A stretch of DNA of 64,000 nucleotides from Squalus acanthias (Eukaryota): positions 106,020,001 through 106,084,000 of the forward strand of contig CM059435.1 of NCBI GenBank assembly GCA_030390025.1. Reading direction: 5' to 3'. The first letter of the stretch is position 1; every line of letters starts with the position of its first letter. Positions 1 through 12,491 of the stretch are shown here, piece after piece. Under the pieces are notes generated by a model that saw only the letters and a program-made list of their open reading frames with translations, was not told the origin of the DNA and made no database searches. The translations under genes were made by a program, and so were the position numbers.

Positions 1-757
1 CATTTTGGTAGAAAGAATGAGGAGAGGACATAAAAACTAAATGGTACAATCCTAAAGGGGGTGCACGAACAGAGAGACCTGGGGGTATATGTGCAAAATG
101 GTTGAAGGTGGCAGGACAGGCTGAGAAAGCAGTTAAAAAGGCTTATGGGATCCTGGGCTTCATAAATAGAGGTATAGAGTACAAAAGCGTTGAAATTATG
201 ATGAACCTGTATAAAACACTGGTTCGGCCCCAACTGGAATACAGTGTCCAATTCTGGGCACCACACTTTAGGGAGGATATGAAGGCTGTAAGAGAAGGTG
301 CTGAAAAGATTTATGAGAATGATTCCAGGAACGAGGGACTTCAGTTATGTTGACAGACTAGAGACGCTGGGGTTGTTCTCCTTGGAGCAGAGAAGATTGA
401 GAGGAGATTTGATAGAGGTGTTCAAAATCATGAGGGGTCTGGACAGAGTAGATAGAGAGAAACTGTTCCCATTGGCAGAAGGGTCGAGAACCAGAGGACA
501 CAGAGATTTAAGGTGATTGGCAAAAGAACCAACGGCGATGTAAGAAAAAACTTTTTTATGCAGCGAGTGGTTAAGATCGGGAATGCACTGCCTGAAAGGG
601 TGGCAGAGGCAGACTCAATCATATCTTTGAAAAGGGAGTTGGATAAGTATCTGAAGGAAAAAAAATTGCAGGGCTACAGGGTAAGGGCAGGAGAGTCGGC
701 ACAGGCTCGACGGGCCGAATGGCCTTCTACCATGCTGTAACCATTCTATGATTCTAT
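1..757 (+). mobile_element. CR1-clade LINE, 3' end of ORF2 plus 3' tail (frameshifted)
   Basis: ORFs 102-353, 298-516 and 513-740 give the CR1 C-terminal motifs LYKTLVRPQLEYSVQFWAP, LGLFSLEQRRLRGDLIEVFKI and NALPERV. Ends in GGGCCGAATGGCCT...ATTCTATGATTCTAT. Confidence 0.92.
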
Positions 758-1974
758 AATTAGTTTTTCAGGTCATTTCGTGAACTATACTGAATGCATC
801 CTGGGTTTTGTACCAATACCATATTTAATGTCTCACTGCTGTGGGCATTAAAATCAAGATTGATTGGCTGAGCAAGGATAAAGAGGTGACTATGTTTGAA
901 GAGATAGCCAACTATTCTGAACTCAAATTGGTTGATACACCATCCGATCTTCAGCAAGGTAGGGTTGAATACAAAATAGACCAATTACAGTACATCGAAA
1001 CATTAAGACTAATCCATGTAGTGTGAAACTTTAAGAGCAGAAACTGAGCTTGTTTAAAAATTAACTAATTCACTATGTATTTTTTAAATTAATTTTATGT
1101 TGTCTTATTGCATTGTATTCATTACAATGTATGTTGCACCCAAGGAATGTGAACAACTTTTACATTTTTGTTTTAAGAATTGACTCCCTCATTCAATTGG
1201 TCCTGGCTCCCTTCATCACATCACTTGACTGCTACAATAACAGATTCAACAATAACAGTATTGCACAGGGCTCTGCTTCACACTGCTTAATAAACTGGGT
1301 CAGGATGCAGGTGGACAGGAAAGCACAGCTGAGGCTGCTCGACCCAATCACATTTAAAATGGTGGCCTTGGTGGGCTGAAGAAATGCATGCTTGGCATTT
1401 CCTCTTCAAACATGCATTAAAACTTACATCTATCCACATTAACAGCCATCTGTCAATTTGTAGCTAATCTGCTCAATAGGTCAAGATTTTTTGAAAGCTA
1501 TCGTCCCTTAAATTTGGCACCTGGCCTCAGCTAATGTTATATTACAAGTACTGTAGTACTATTCTCCACATCGTCTATGACTAGTGAACAAGCACAGATG
1601 CAAAAACTTTTAACAGGTGCTTTTACAAATCTAAGTGAACTATATCCACTGAATCACTGGTTCAGTTACCTTCTCAAAAAATTCAAAATGAATGAGTACT
1701 GAGCTGGTGCTTCTAAATCCATGCTGACTATTTTGTATGGCCTTTGCTCATTTCAGATGTGCATGGTGTGCAATGCTCAAGTATTTTCCCCACTACACAT
1801 GTTGGGCGAATTGTTCCATACTTCACAGCTTCATGTCCTGCTCCTTTTTCCCCCCTTGAATGAATATTTTCTTTCCTCCTATTTTCAGGTGCAGCTTCTA
1901 AAAAGGTTTACCAGAACCTCACCCATCTCCTTTGTCACTCCCTTAAAATTCCAATGTATATCCCATTGCATGCT

Positions 1975-2520
1975 CGCCTTAACACGTCTACTTCTCTCAA
2001 CCCCTCCACTGCGCATCCGACATCCAATCTTGGCAATTTCTTCCAGTTAAACATTGGGAAGACTGAAGCCAGTGTCTTCGGCCCCCTTGCCACTGATTCC
2101 ATCCCAGTCCCCATCCACTCTCAGGTTGAACCAGAGTGTTTGCCACCATGGTCCTATCTGACCTCAAGTTGAGCATCCAACCTATAAACCTCTCCATCGC
2201 AAAGACCACCTTATCCCTACAACCCAATGCACAGCAGTGCACATTCTGCTCTTCTAACTCTGGCCTTCTTGGCATGCCCTCCCTGCCTTTGTTCCACAAT
2301 CCACAGTGTAACCTAGAACCATTCAGGCAGTACACATGAACTTTCTCCCTATACTCTTCCACCTTGGTACCTCTGTTTCTACCTTCAAAATCGTCTCGAG
2401 ACCTACCTTCTTTGACCGTGCCTTTAGTCACCTCCAGTAGCTCTTCTACTGCTGGGTGTCCATTTTCTATGGCCCTGGGACCTTTACATTAACAGCACTG
2501 TATATGTGCAAATTGTCCTT
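1975..2520 (+). mobile_element. Degenerate L2-type LINE 3' fragment
   Basis: NFFQLNIGKTEA motif (ORF 1954-2172), C-rich strand and an L2-like tail (GCACTGTATATGTGCAAATTGT). Confidence 0.6.
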
Positions 2521-2762
2521 GTAGATTGTTGAACCAAAATGGTTTGAGTATCAAATTTGACTATAGCCTTCATTTGTGAAAACTGATGTGCAAAATCTAC
2601 TAAACCAACCTGCCATTTCCTAATCCCCTATAATCTCTCTTCCCAACTGAATAACCCACCTATTTCTTGATCCTCTATTATCGTTCTTTCCAACTAATCT
2701 TTTAAAAGGACCCATTTGGTGTTTTAGAACCATCATTATAAATATAGAACTAAAAAGGTTAC

Positions 2763-2782
2763 CTTCTCCTGCTATTAGTGAA
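2763..2782 (-). other. Candidate 20-nt microexon (TTCACTAATAGCAGGAGAAG) of the minus-strand gene
   Basis: Minus strand reads ttttaattgttttgtactttccag|exon|gtaacc, with a pyrimidine tract, AG and AAG/gtaac donor. A second acceptor upstream (tgttctgttgtccttggtgctttccag, exon start 3005) would give a 243-nt form. Confidence 0.5.
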
Positions 2783-5734
2783 CTGGAAAGTACAAAACAA
2801 TTAAAAGTCATCGCACCAGAATGCCGATCTGTTAAATGTTCATTTTAATGATCAACGGGTTTGTGAGGGAGAAGGAGCAGCAGCGTCTGATCTTTGGTTC
2901 CCTTATGTACAGCTCCAATCTCCTTCGAGGTCTGTTCTAAAAGGCGTGTTCTAAAACCAAGTGCAAGAAAGGCTGCCCTTGTCCGTGCTTTTTGTTGCTG
3001 TGATACTGGAAAGCACCAAGGACAACAGAACACTCAGTTTTATTTTATAAGCAAGTTCACATATGAAATGAAACATTCAAAAGGGTATCAGCACTATAAT
3101 CAGAGCATACAGCACTTTTTGACATGATGAGGTGACAGGAAAAGGAATTGCCTCTTAAATAGAGAACAAGATTTCTGTCCACAACGAGGCTATTTTGACC
3201 TGAACCACTCTTTCATATCTACAATTGGTTGATTCAGAGCCGTGCTGCCTGAGCTGTGGAAGCCCATTACACATTGATTGAAGAGTGTCACAAGTGTGTA
3301 TATATATATATATTTTTAAACTCCGTATACCAATTAACATTTAAACTTAAAGATGTTGGACAGCATAATGACAGCATTAGTATTTTTCTGAATACTATAC
3401 TTTTTTTTGGCATGCAACATTCTATACCGCTGCTCATTTTAAAAAAAACAAATAAAAGTGGAATGAATTTCTTTCAAGTTGGAGCAGTTCCTTATGTGAC
3501 CAGCTGTTACATTGCAGCTTTTCTTTATGCATGTAATTTTCATTGAGGAGTGACACAAATCTCTAACAAAGTTTGGCTGTTATGATCTTGCACAGACAAA
3601 AAAAAAAATCTCCATTAGTTGGAGTCCATTTTTGAAAAATCTATAGTGTAAATATGCGAGCACAGCCATCAGATCATTCACATGCATGCAAGATTGTAAT
3701 TCATTAATTGTTGGTACAGTACTTATGTATTGACAATAAATTAATTCTGCAATACATTTATAAACTGCTACAGAATTAGCATGCAATGAAGAACTTTGTT
3801 GCAAATTGATACTCAGGAATTGTGACACAAGAATATGTGATATATGCCATAGGTTCCTAATGTACTTATTTGCATCAGATTGCTATTTGTGTTCAGATAC
3901 TGTACCATCATTTTATTAATTTACTGATGTGGGACAAATATTTATAGAAAATTTAACATCATGATCTAATTACCATTAACCGTGACCACTCTGCCTGTCA
4001 GGCAGATCCACTTCTGATATTACTGTTGTTTTATATGATTGTGCAATGTAGAAGGAGACACTGGATTGCTTCAGTGCTTAGATAATGCGAGATAGCAAAT
4101 CTTAACACTATCTGACATACACAACTTCCTTTCATTTAAAAAAGGACAAAATGTTTAAAGACAAAAGCAGAGTTCGCACCAAATATGTAAACTGCTACTA
4201 AGACAAATGTTTTTACGAAAAGTGCTGTATACAAGGCTGAAATATGAATTGATAAAGAAGAAATTTAGTGAGTAAGTAGTTTACTGAGAGATAGAAAATC
4301 CAAGATGATATTTCAGTTGTAAGTAATTTACACCTTTAACACAAAAAAAAACACCACAGGGGATGTAGTGCTAGCTTTGCTGGACAGAAATCTCCAACAT
4401 ACAGATTTTGTACTTCAAATCTAACCAGACAATTATCTATTACAAAAATGGCGCATATCGCTGATACAGCAAAAAATGAGCAGACTTTAGAAGGTCACGG
4501 TTAGTAAACTGCAGTAAAAACTGTAACAAATTTCTCTTTTTAACAAAAAATGTATAACTGAACCACCTTCCAAACGCCATCCACATCACAAGAGAGGAAT
4601 GCGGCAGGTAAGGCAAGGCAGACAAAACATAGCTCAATTAGTAATAGTTGGACAAAAAAACAAGTGTGTGTGTGCATGTGCGCATGCATGCTGGGCGTGA
4701 ATGCGATCAGCTGAGATGCCCCCTGCCCCCTCAAGGTGAATAGCCTGGTGACAATCCCAATCTAGGCACATATGTGGATTTGGACAAGGTACCACAGTAC
4801 TGTCAGTGCCTGTGGAACTATATCCCAGAACATCAGCTCCTTCTAGTGAAGAGAAAGGGAAATTTAAAATAATCTTTAGAAACAGTTCTCTGCTGTGACG
4901 CAGGCACTACTACATAGTCATCTGTAGCTGATGGGAAGCAGTGAAATAAAAAGAGGAAGCTCTCCTCTGACCTTGCAAGAACTTATCTGTCACAAGATGC
5001 CTCTCTTGTAGTCAAACCAGATATAAAACTGAACCAGGAACCAACTGTGTATGGGAGAGGAAAAAGGATTAATGAGCAATACCAACTGAAGAGGGGTAAA
5101 ATCAAACTCAGAGACCCATGAACAAAATCCAATAAGGATTCACACTTGAAGCATGGAAGGAGCAAAACAACTGATTCAGTATAAAAGCTAAAAAAAACTA
5201 GAGATACTAGTGACAACACTAAGGAGTTCACCTGGACCACTTGAAGCAGTTCTACAATACAAAAGGTATTACTGACGTACTTTAAATCCCACTTGCTGAT
5301 GAAATGCACACCAAGAGTATGCGTGCATTGTGAAACCACTGTCACAACAAAGTCGTGGCCAGTAGTGCTGGTTTAGATTTACTGCTGCCGTGCCTTCAGA
5401 GGATCCTTAGAACACTTCACTAAGTTCATCTTGGTGCATTGCTGGCTCCATACAAAACATTAATATAATACAAGTTCTTAATTGAAAATCCAATGTCTTT
5501 AACAGATCTTCCCAGAAACAAGGCCATTTCTACCAGTGCAAAAACATACCTCAAAGTCTCTCATCGAGAAGTAGTGCTCCTTCCATATAGCCCAAATGGG
5601 AAAACTTTAAATGTTGATTTAATTTGATTCTATGTTAATTCTTTGGGTATATATAAATAGCAAACTCCAACCCAAACCAAATTTGAACCCACTTTAATAT
5701 TTCAGCAACTTGTCAGTAATAATGTGCAAGAAGA

Positions 5735-5786
5735 AGGGAAATGTGTACAGTAGGTGCAGAGGGAAATGTGTACAGTAGGTGCAGAG
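5735..5786. repeat. Perfect 25-bp tandem duplication
   Basis: AGGGAAATGTGTACAGTAGGTGCAG x2. Confidence 0.9.
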
Positions 5787-6217
5787 AAGGTTTCATCACA
5801 ACGAATGATTATCAACTGGTTAAAAAAAAAGGAATATGAAAAGGACAAATTATTTAACGGTAGAGCTAATAAATGATCTATGGATTCTCTGGCAATGCTG
5901 ATAACTGCACTACTCTTCTAAAATTGGTAGTATCTGAACATTATTCCTGGTGGATGTCCAGAATACACTTTAAAAACTAAACCAAGCTAGGAGAGCCACA
6001 CCACAGGACAGCAGAAGCCTGTGTAATCTATCATGAGGTTTGCTTAATAGCTGCTTTGCAGTGTCAAATAGACCTGTGAAAAGGCCAATTGACCATGGCT
6101 TTTTAATTTGGTGAATGAAATAATACAACAATGGTATGTACCTACTGAAATCAGCTAGGGTCAGAAACTTTTAATAATATATCCGGAGACATATTCTGAA
6201 TGCAAATTTTACACAAT

Positions 6218-6977
6218 GGCCCGGATATTGCGGTCAGCGGCGAAGGGATGACACTCGCCGCTGACCTCGAAAAAAGCTGCCCACCAAGATTTAGCGGGCT
6301 CGAGAGAATTGATTTCCTCTATTCCGATGGGACTTTGAATCTGGTGCCATCTATAGGGGATCTGTGGTGTCCTGCAACAGTAAAGACATTAGGAAGGCTG
6401 ATCAGCCTATCAGATTGACGAATTCTCAGACAGCAAAGCAGGAAGTAAAAAGCACAGATTATTATTCACATTTAATCATTGTACAGAAAGCAAAATAAAA
6501 ATTGGGACATACACATGGGATTAAAGTAGAAACTGAAATATCAAACAAACTTTAAAATAAAAAAAAGTTATTATTTAAAAAAATCATGGAATTTTAAAAA
6601 TGTTCTTCTGAGGGAATGAGATTCCACACTTGTAAAATTAGATTTTCAGGGCCAGAGAGATTGTCAGCATTAATTATGACTTAGTACACCATTAAAAACT
6701 CAGTTACACCTCATTCAACAAGTTGCAACATTTTCAATGGTTTTTACAGTGAGAATAGTGTGTAAAAAGTTGAAGTTCACGTCAATTCACTGATTCTGTG
6801 TTGACTGCATCTGTGAAGACTGCAACTGCGCACCCTGTGGAGGAGCAGGGTAACACTGTCAGCAACTTCCGCGTTTAACTACGCACGTGCAGACGCCAGA
6901 AGTTGCTGTCAGTTTTACACAGTAATGATGGCGGGCTCTGACAGTTTCACAGTCATTACAACCACAAATTCTGGGCC
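6218..6977 (+). mobile_element. Non-autonomous PIF/Harbinger-like DNA transposon, ~750-bp family, copy 1
   Basis: Imperfect TIRs (GGCCCGGATATTGCGGT / ACCACAAATTCTGGGCC), 3-bp TSD AAT, and internal homology to copies at 9.8, 38.2 and 50.4 kb. Confidence 0.8.
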
Positions 6978-7209
6978 AATGCCTTCAGAGGAACTGGCAA
7001 TTTAGCCAACAGTTTCCACTTCAGGGAAGTCTCAATGACCAAACCAAGCAGATCACCGAGATAACTGACAAAAACAAAAAGATCAAATATCATCAGTGCC
7101 ATCTTAAATCACAGGAAGATACTCAGATTAGATTCGAAAGAGAATTCAATGAATGGAACCTCATTTTGGTATATTCAATTAAATCAACCGATAAGTCCGA
7201 AACTCAATA

Positions 7210-7430
7210 CAAACAAAAACTTGCATTTATGTAGTGCCTTTAACATAGAAGAAACATCCCATAGCACAGTAAGTAAAAAAGGATGCCGAGCCAAAGGAGG
7301 AGATACTAAGTGGGCTTGGTAAAAGAGATGGGTTATAAGGAGAGTCTTAAAAGAGGAAAGGGAAGGTGGAGAAGCAGAGGAGTGTAGGGAGCGTAGGCCT
7401 AGGTGGCTGAAGGCACAGCTGCCAAACAAT
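7210..7430 (-). mobile_element. L2-type LINE 3' tail
   Basis: AACTTGCATTTATGTAGTGCCTTTAAC tail. The reverse strand encodes SLSSFKTLLITHLF, an L2 C-terminus. Confidence 0.65.
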
Positions 7431-7480
7431 ACCTAGAGTGGATTCACACTGCAAATTTAGCATCTGTATAAAGTGGGATG

Positions 7481-7995
7481 AACATAAGAATTAGGAGCAG
7501 GAGTGGGCCATACGGCCCTTCGAGCCTGCTCCGCCATTCAATAAGATCATGGCTGATCTTCGACCTCAACTCCACTTTCCCACCCGAACCCCATATCCCT
7601 TAATTCCCCTAGAGTCCAAAAATCTATCTATCTCAGCCTTGAATATACTCAAAGACCCAGCATCCACAGCCCTTTGGGATAGAGAATTCCACAGATTCAC
7701 AACCCTCGGAGTGAAGAAATTCCTCCTCATCTCGTCTTAAATGGTTGACCCCTGATCCTGAAACTATGGCCCCTAGCTCTAGACTCTCCAGCCAGGGGAA
7801 ACAACTTCTCAGCATCTACCCTGTCAATTCCCCTCAGAATCTTATATGTTTCAATGAGATCACCTCTCATTCTTCTGAACTCCAGAGAATAGGCTCAATC
7901 TACTCAATCTCTCCTCATAGGAGAGCCTTCTCATCCCAGGCATCAATCTAGTGAACTTTCGTTGCACCGCCTCTAAGGCATGAATGTCCTTTCTC
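7481..7995 (-). mobile_element. CR1-clade LINE 3' end
   Basis: AACATAAGAATTAGGAGCAGGAGTGGGCCATACGGCCC tail. The reverse strand resembles the CR1 ORF2 C-terminus (..RNFFTPRVVNLWNSL..). Confidence 0.85.
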
Positions 7996-9775
7996 ACTGA
8001 AGCTAAACTTTAGTGTAAATCAGGTGTCATGGTACAAACAGAATCCAAGTGAAGCAATGAGACTCCCTCCTCCACTTCACTGCAGCATCAGGTCAGGACC
8101 CGACCTCAGATTCAGGTGGCACTTGTACTATAATTGCAGCATAGGTGTGGAGCAAAACCATTTCTATAGTTGTAGTATGAATGCACCCTTCGTGGTCTAC
8201 TCTATGCAGAAGCAATTAGTTGTGAGCCTTCTCTGGTGTAGCTCAAGTTGGGGCACCAAAAAGCCGCCACCTTACCCAAGTAGCAGCATCCGTCAAAATA
8301 TATAAAAGAGAGAGGGTGTCTTCAGTTCTTTTACTGATCTACCTAAATAGACATTCTGTCTAGACTCCAATACAGGTATCAGGGAGCATCAAACAGCATC
8401 AGGATTAAAGGACTCTTCCAAGAACAAAGTTAACAATCTTGGCCCATACTTCTTTGGAGGACTTTTTAATGTTTTTAACTCTGTGCCTAAGACTTGTCAT
8501 CATTTAAGAAGTACAAATTACAGGAGAAGCTGCGACATTGGCAATGCTTTGTTTTAACTTTAAATGGTAGTTTATGTCCAAATGTCACTATTAATTTGAA
8601 AATAGAGGCACAAGCTATAAAAGGACATGATGAGCCCGCAGACAACAAAAAGGTACCAGTCACATCTAATTGATTAAGACATTCTTCCTTTGGCTAATGT
8701 AAAATCTAAGAACTAACAGTGCATTTACTTTATTCAGATATTGGCAGCTCCCAATATGCTGGTATTGTGCAGGTGCTGGCAATGGCAAATATATACTTTC
8801 TGACCTCCACAAAACTGACGGCAGAGGCCTACCGTTTGTTGGGTTTCATGATCTGCCAACGGAAGTACACCATCCTCATTTGGCCCACTAAATATGTTCA
8901 AGGTTCAGTGCACTTACACCATTGCCATAAAATTGCACCATGTCACAGTATGCATGAAACAGTGGCTCAGCACATGATCTTCATGGACAGAATTCCATTT
9001 TTTTTTTAAATGGAGGATTTTTTTTTCCAAAGCAAACAATGACATAATATTTATATTATCCTCCACAGGTTTAAAAACTGCAGCAAGGTGGACAGTGGAC
9101 TATAAATACACCGCTATGGTAATCTTTCAAAAGGGCAGCATCTGATACAAATATTTTCTCGTGGGGTATAAAGGCAACAGTTGAAGAGTATCTCGATCTC
9201 AAGCAGGGGAAAAAATGTGAGTTAAGGGTGGCATTACACGCAAGCCAAGGTCATCCATGGTGAAGTGCAAAAGATGTCAAAGCTGTAGCAAGTTTGCAAT
9301 TTACACTGCACCTGTTATCGGCAAGAAAATTAGGTCAAGATGTGCTGGCAGAGGAAGGAGGGAATTCTTGCTGAACATACTGCAGCAATTCTGGCAAAAA
9401 TCCAAAATGGCAGGGCTGGCATGAGAAGGGGTCTACTTTCTCTTTACCAGGACCGGTTCTTTTCGTTCCCCCGCCCTCACCCCACCCCTCCAGGATTTCT
9501 GATAAAAATTCATGTTATGTGAGAGCTCACAAAAAAACTTGACAAGAGGCATTTCCATCTTGAAAGTACCACAGGAGAAATTACATCAAGACCATTTACA
9601 ACTATATACAAAAGTAAACAATTTAAAAGTATATGAACTAGATTAACTGTAAACTTAAACTGTACAGCATAAGCTCAACTACATTAAAACTTAACAAATC
9701 TTACTGAGCAGCGTTCAGGAATTAGAAGTTCTCTGAAGTAAAACTGCCTAGTATTGCGACATCAGGTGATAAATT

Positions 9776-10683
9776 CAGGGATTTTCTTCTGAGTGATGGT
9801 TGGCTTGCAGTTGCAATGGATAGACAGCTCAAGACAATTATCACTGGCTCAGTTAAACATGGAAATCAGGAAGCTGCTGTCCGATTTGCCCTGTTCCTGC
9901 ACAAGCTTCGCTATACCGGTATCTCGCTGAGAGATTCAGCATTAAAACACATGAAGGGTGTGAAGTTACAGTACTTACCCACTAGATACCTACTAAACAC
10001 GCCAGAAAAAGTTAGGGCTTGTCCGTTCAAGTGCAAGTAGATTTTTAACGGCATGATAAGCAATGTTCCCACTAATTTTTTTTGGGTGCGCGGTCCATTT
10101 AACGGGCTATGCGGCCCAAAGTTTCGCGTATGTACGTAATTTCACATTTGAAAAGCTGGTCCCACTCACGCGGTCACGCAGCTTAGCAGGAACGTTGGTG
10201 ATGAGCCTTAATTACTGCCAAACAACCTCCTAGACACTGAAAATTTACTTTTACAAGTGTGGAGTCTCATTCCTTCAGATTTTAATTATTGCTGGAGATA
10301 TAAAAGAAATGAAATTTAAAAAAAAAAAACTTTTTCTTTGTTTCTGATCGCTCTCTCTCAATCCCATCTTTCTTTCCCTCTTTTTATTTCACTTTCTGTA
10401 CATGATTTGGCATTGAATTAACTACTCTAACTTACACTTCCTGGTTCACACTCTGCGTGCCTCAGCAAAGATTCTTTAATCTGATTGGTTGAAGAGACAC
10501 GCTGTTGCTTGCTCTATTCAAACATGTTCCAGATCCCCTGTAGAGGACACCGTGCTGTATCAGACTCCCGATGACCGCAAGTTGCCGCTCAAAAGGCCAC
10601 GAAAAGTCTGTGGCAGCTGTAAGCGTAATGAACAGCGAACGCAGTTCGTTCGCTCGCTTGCCGCTGACCGCAAAATTCGGGCC
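9776..10683 (-). mobile_element. Harbinger-like ~750-bp family, copy 2 (inverted relative to copy 1; contains a nested MITE)
   Basis: Right end CCGCTGACCGCAAAATTCGGGCC matches the reverse complement of copy 1's start. Shares ACAAGTGTGGAGTCTCATTCC. Left end is degenerate. Confidence 0.75.
10061..10197. mobile_element. hAT-like MITE (137 bp) nested in copy 2
   Basis: TIRs CAATGTTCCCACTAA / TTAGCAGGAACGTTG, near-identical 8-bp flanks ATGATAAG / GTGATGAG, and absent from the other copies. Confidence 0.75.
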
Positions 10684-12283
10684 ATTATTATGTGTTTTGA
10701 ACAAAATGTACACAGACTAGAAAAACAAATTCCCTTCAGGTTTTCACATATGTTTTGTGTAAAGCTTCATTTGTTGAAAGGTGCTCAATTTCATCTGCAC
10801 AGATGTGCCCCCGACCAGCCAAGTCAAATATCTGATCACTAACTTCAAGAACTTTTGCCAAAGTTGCTTTGATTCAAATAATCATTGCATCGCTTTTGGT
10901 ACAAAATTATTTAGTTCAATGTGTAAATGTGTCATCTGAAGATGACAGATTAATAACGCACTGATTCCAAGGGTAGAGTGACAGCAAAAAAACTCCTGGT
11001 CCTCCTCAAGGTATTCCGTGACACACTGCTGCCTTGACAAATGAACAAAATATCTCATCATTACAGGTAATGAAGAAGGGACTTCGGCATGGTCTCCAAA
11101 ACTACCCAACAGTCTTCCAATTGATAGAATCTACTTCTAGACTTGGTACAGTTGAAGATGTAGTAATCCCTCACTGTGATCTCAATACAAATGATTGACA
11201 TGGGTTATTCAGAATTCCTTTTCCTTTATTTGTGCTATGCATAATCTTTAGATAGATCGTCACATCTAAATACGAATATTTGGGATTACTTCACAGGTTT
11301 TCAAGTTTCTCTCTTGCTAAGGAATGTAGTGTTGGACTAGCAAGCTTGCAGAGTGGGCGGTTGGTCTGAATAAATGCTTCCATAAATAAGGTAAACATTT
11401 AATTCCTTCACTCTTTTGTTATTGATTTTAGTCTTAAAAAGTTCAAAAATTAAACATTTTAATTTGTTTCTGTTGCAACTCCTCAGTATTTGCAAACCTG
11501 AGTTTACCTATTTCAGATACGAGATGTCGACTGCAGCATGCTCACCGTGTAAAATCCAAAAAGGCACATTACATGACAAGTAGAATCATTTTAAAACAGT
11601 AACATTAAACACTGCCTTTGGATATTGCACCAATCTTTGCAATGCGTTCTTAACTTTTTTCAATAGAAAAGTGGTATCGATTTTAATACAGTTGAATTTT
11701 AAGAAGTTACAAAAACGTGATAATTTCAAGAGATAAAACCTTGGTTACTGCTTCACTAAATTTTATAGTTACTCAGATTATAACTGGTAAGTTTTGGTAA
11801 GCAAGTAACAATTTCAACAGAGTGCCTGTGGCAAAAATTGAGTTTTTTTTTGTCTGTAGTTTATTTTTCCTCCTTTTTACAGTTTTCAAGTTAAAATAGG
11901 TTCTTAAAAAAAACACACTCCATCTTGAACCTGCAAACTCATTGAAGCTAATGTATTTTTCCTTAAAGTCAACCTGATTATTGTCTGCTGCATCGAGACA
12001 AAAAGTATAAATTATTACACTAGCATTTTCACTATAAAGTTGTTCATGCCAATGCTTCTCCACAGCACTTTCCGACAGCAATCTGCATAGTTATCCATCT
12101 ATTAAGTCTGTCAGGTTATTTTGTCACCCTGTGTAGCTGTTTAGCAGTGAATGTATTCACCCTTCTAATCTCATCAGGCGCTGACAGCTTGGCTTCATCT
12201 TGAAAAGGAGGTGGATAGTTGGAGACAGATTCGGAGAGACCTGCCTTATTTGAACCCGACTGCATTGACAACTATATTTAATT

Positions 12284-12491
12284 GTGAGAAGTCGCACAAC
12301 ACCAGGTTATAGTCCAACAGTTTTATTTGAAATCACAAGCTTTCGGAGCGCTGCTCCTTCATCAGGTGAAGTGACGAAGGAGCAGCAGCTCCGAAAGCTT
12401 GTGATTTCAAATAAAACTGTTGGACTATAACCTGGTGTTGTGCGACTTCTCACTTTTGTCCACCCCAGTCCAACACCGGCATCTCCGCTTC
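12284..12491. mobile_element. Penelope-like element remnant (inverted pLTR fragments forming a fold-back)
   Basis: Arms 12284-12364 and 12372-12453 (66 bp perfectly inverted), AATAAA in each arm, and a direct repeat ATATTTAATTGTGA at 12274-12287 and 12492-12505 (TSD). Confidence 0.85.
12333..12369 (-). ncRNA. Minimal type I hammerhead ribozyme motif (Penelope-associated)
   Basis: Minus strand TCAC-CTGATGA-A-GGAGC(AGC)GCTCC-GAAA-GCTT-GTGA has the CUGAUGA and GAAA core boxes, a 5-bp stem II, a palindromic AAGCTT stem III and a 4-bp stem I (TCAC/GTGA). Confidence 0.75.

Noticed and set aside
4983-5345. 120-aa hydrophobic ORF and similar 60-140 aa ORFs throughout
   Set aside because: No domain resemblance or splice context; composition reflects T-rich strand bias.
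12284-12453. Conserved microRNA precursor or terminator
   Set aside because: Near-perfect arms, a TSD and a hammerhead core indicate a Penelope-derived insertion.
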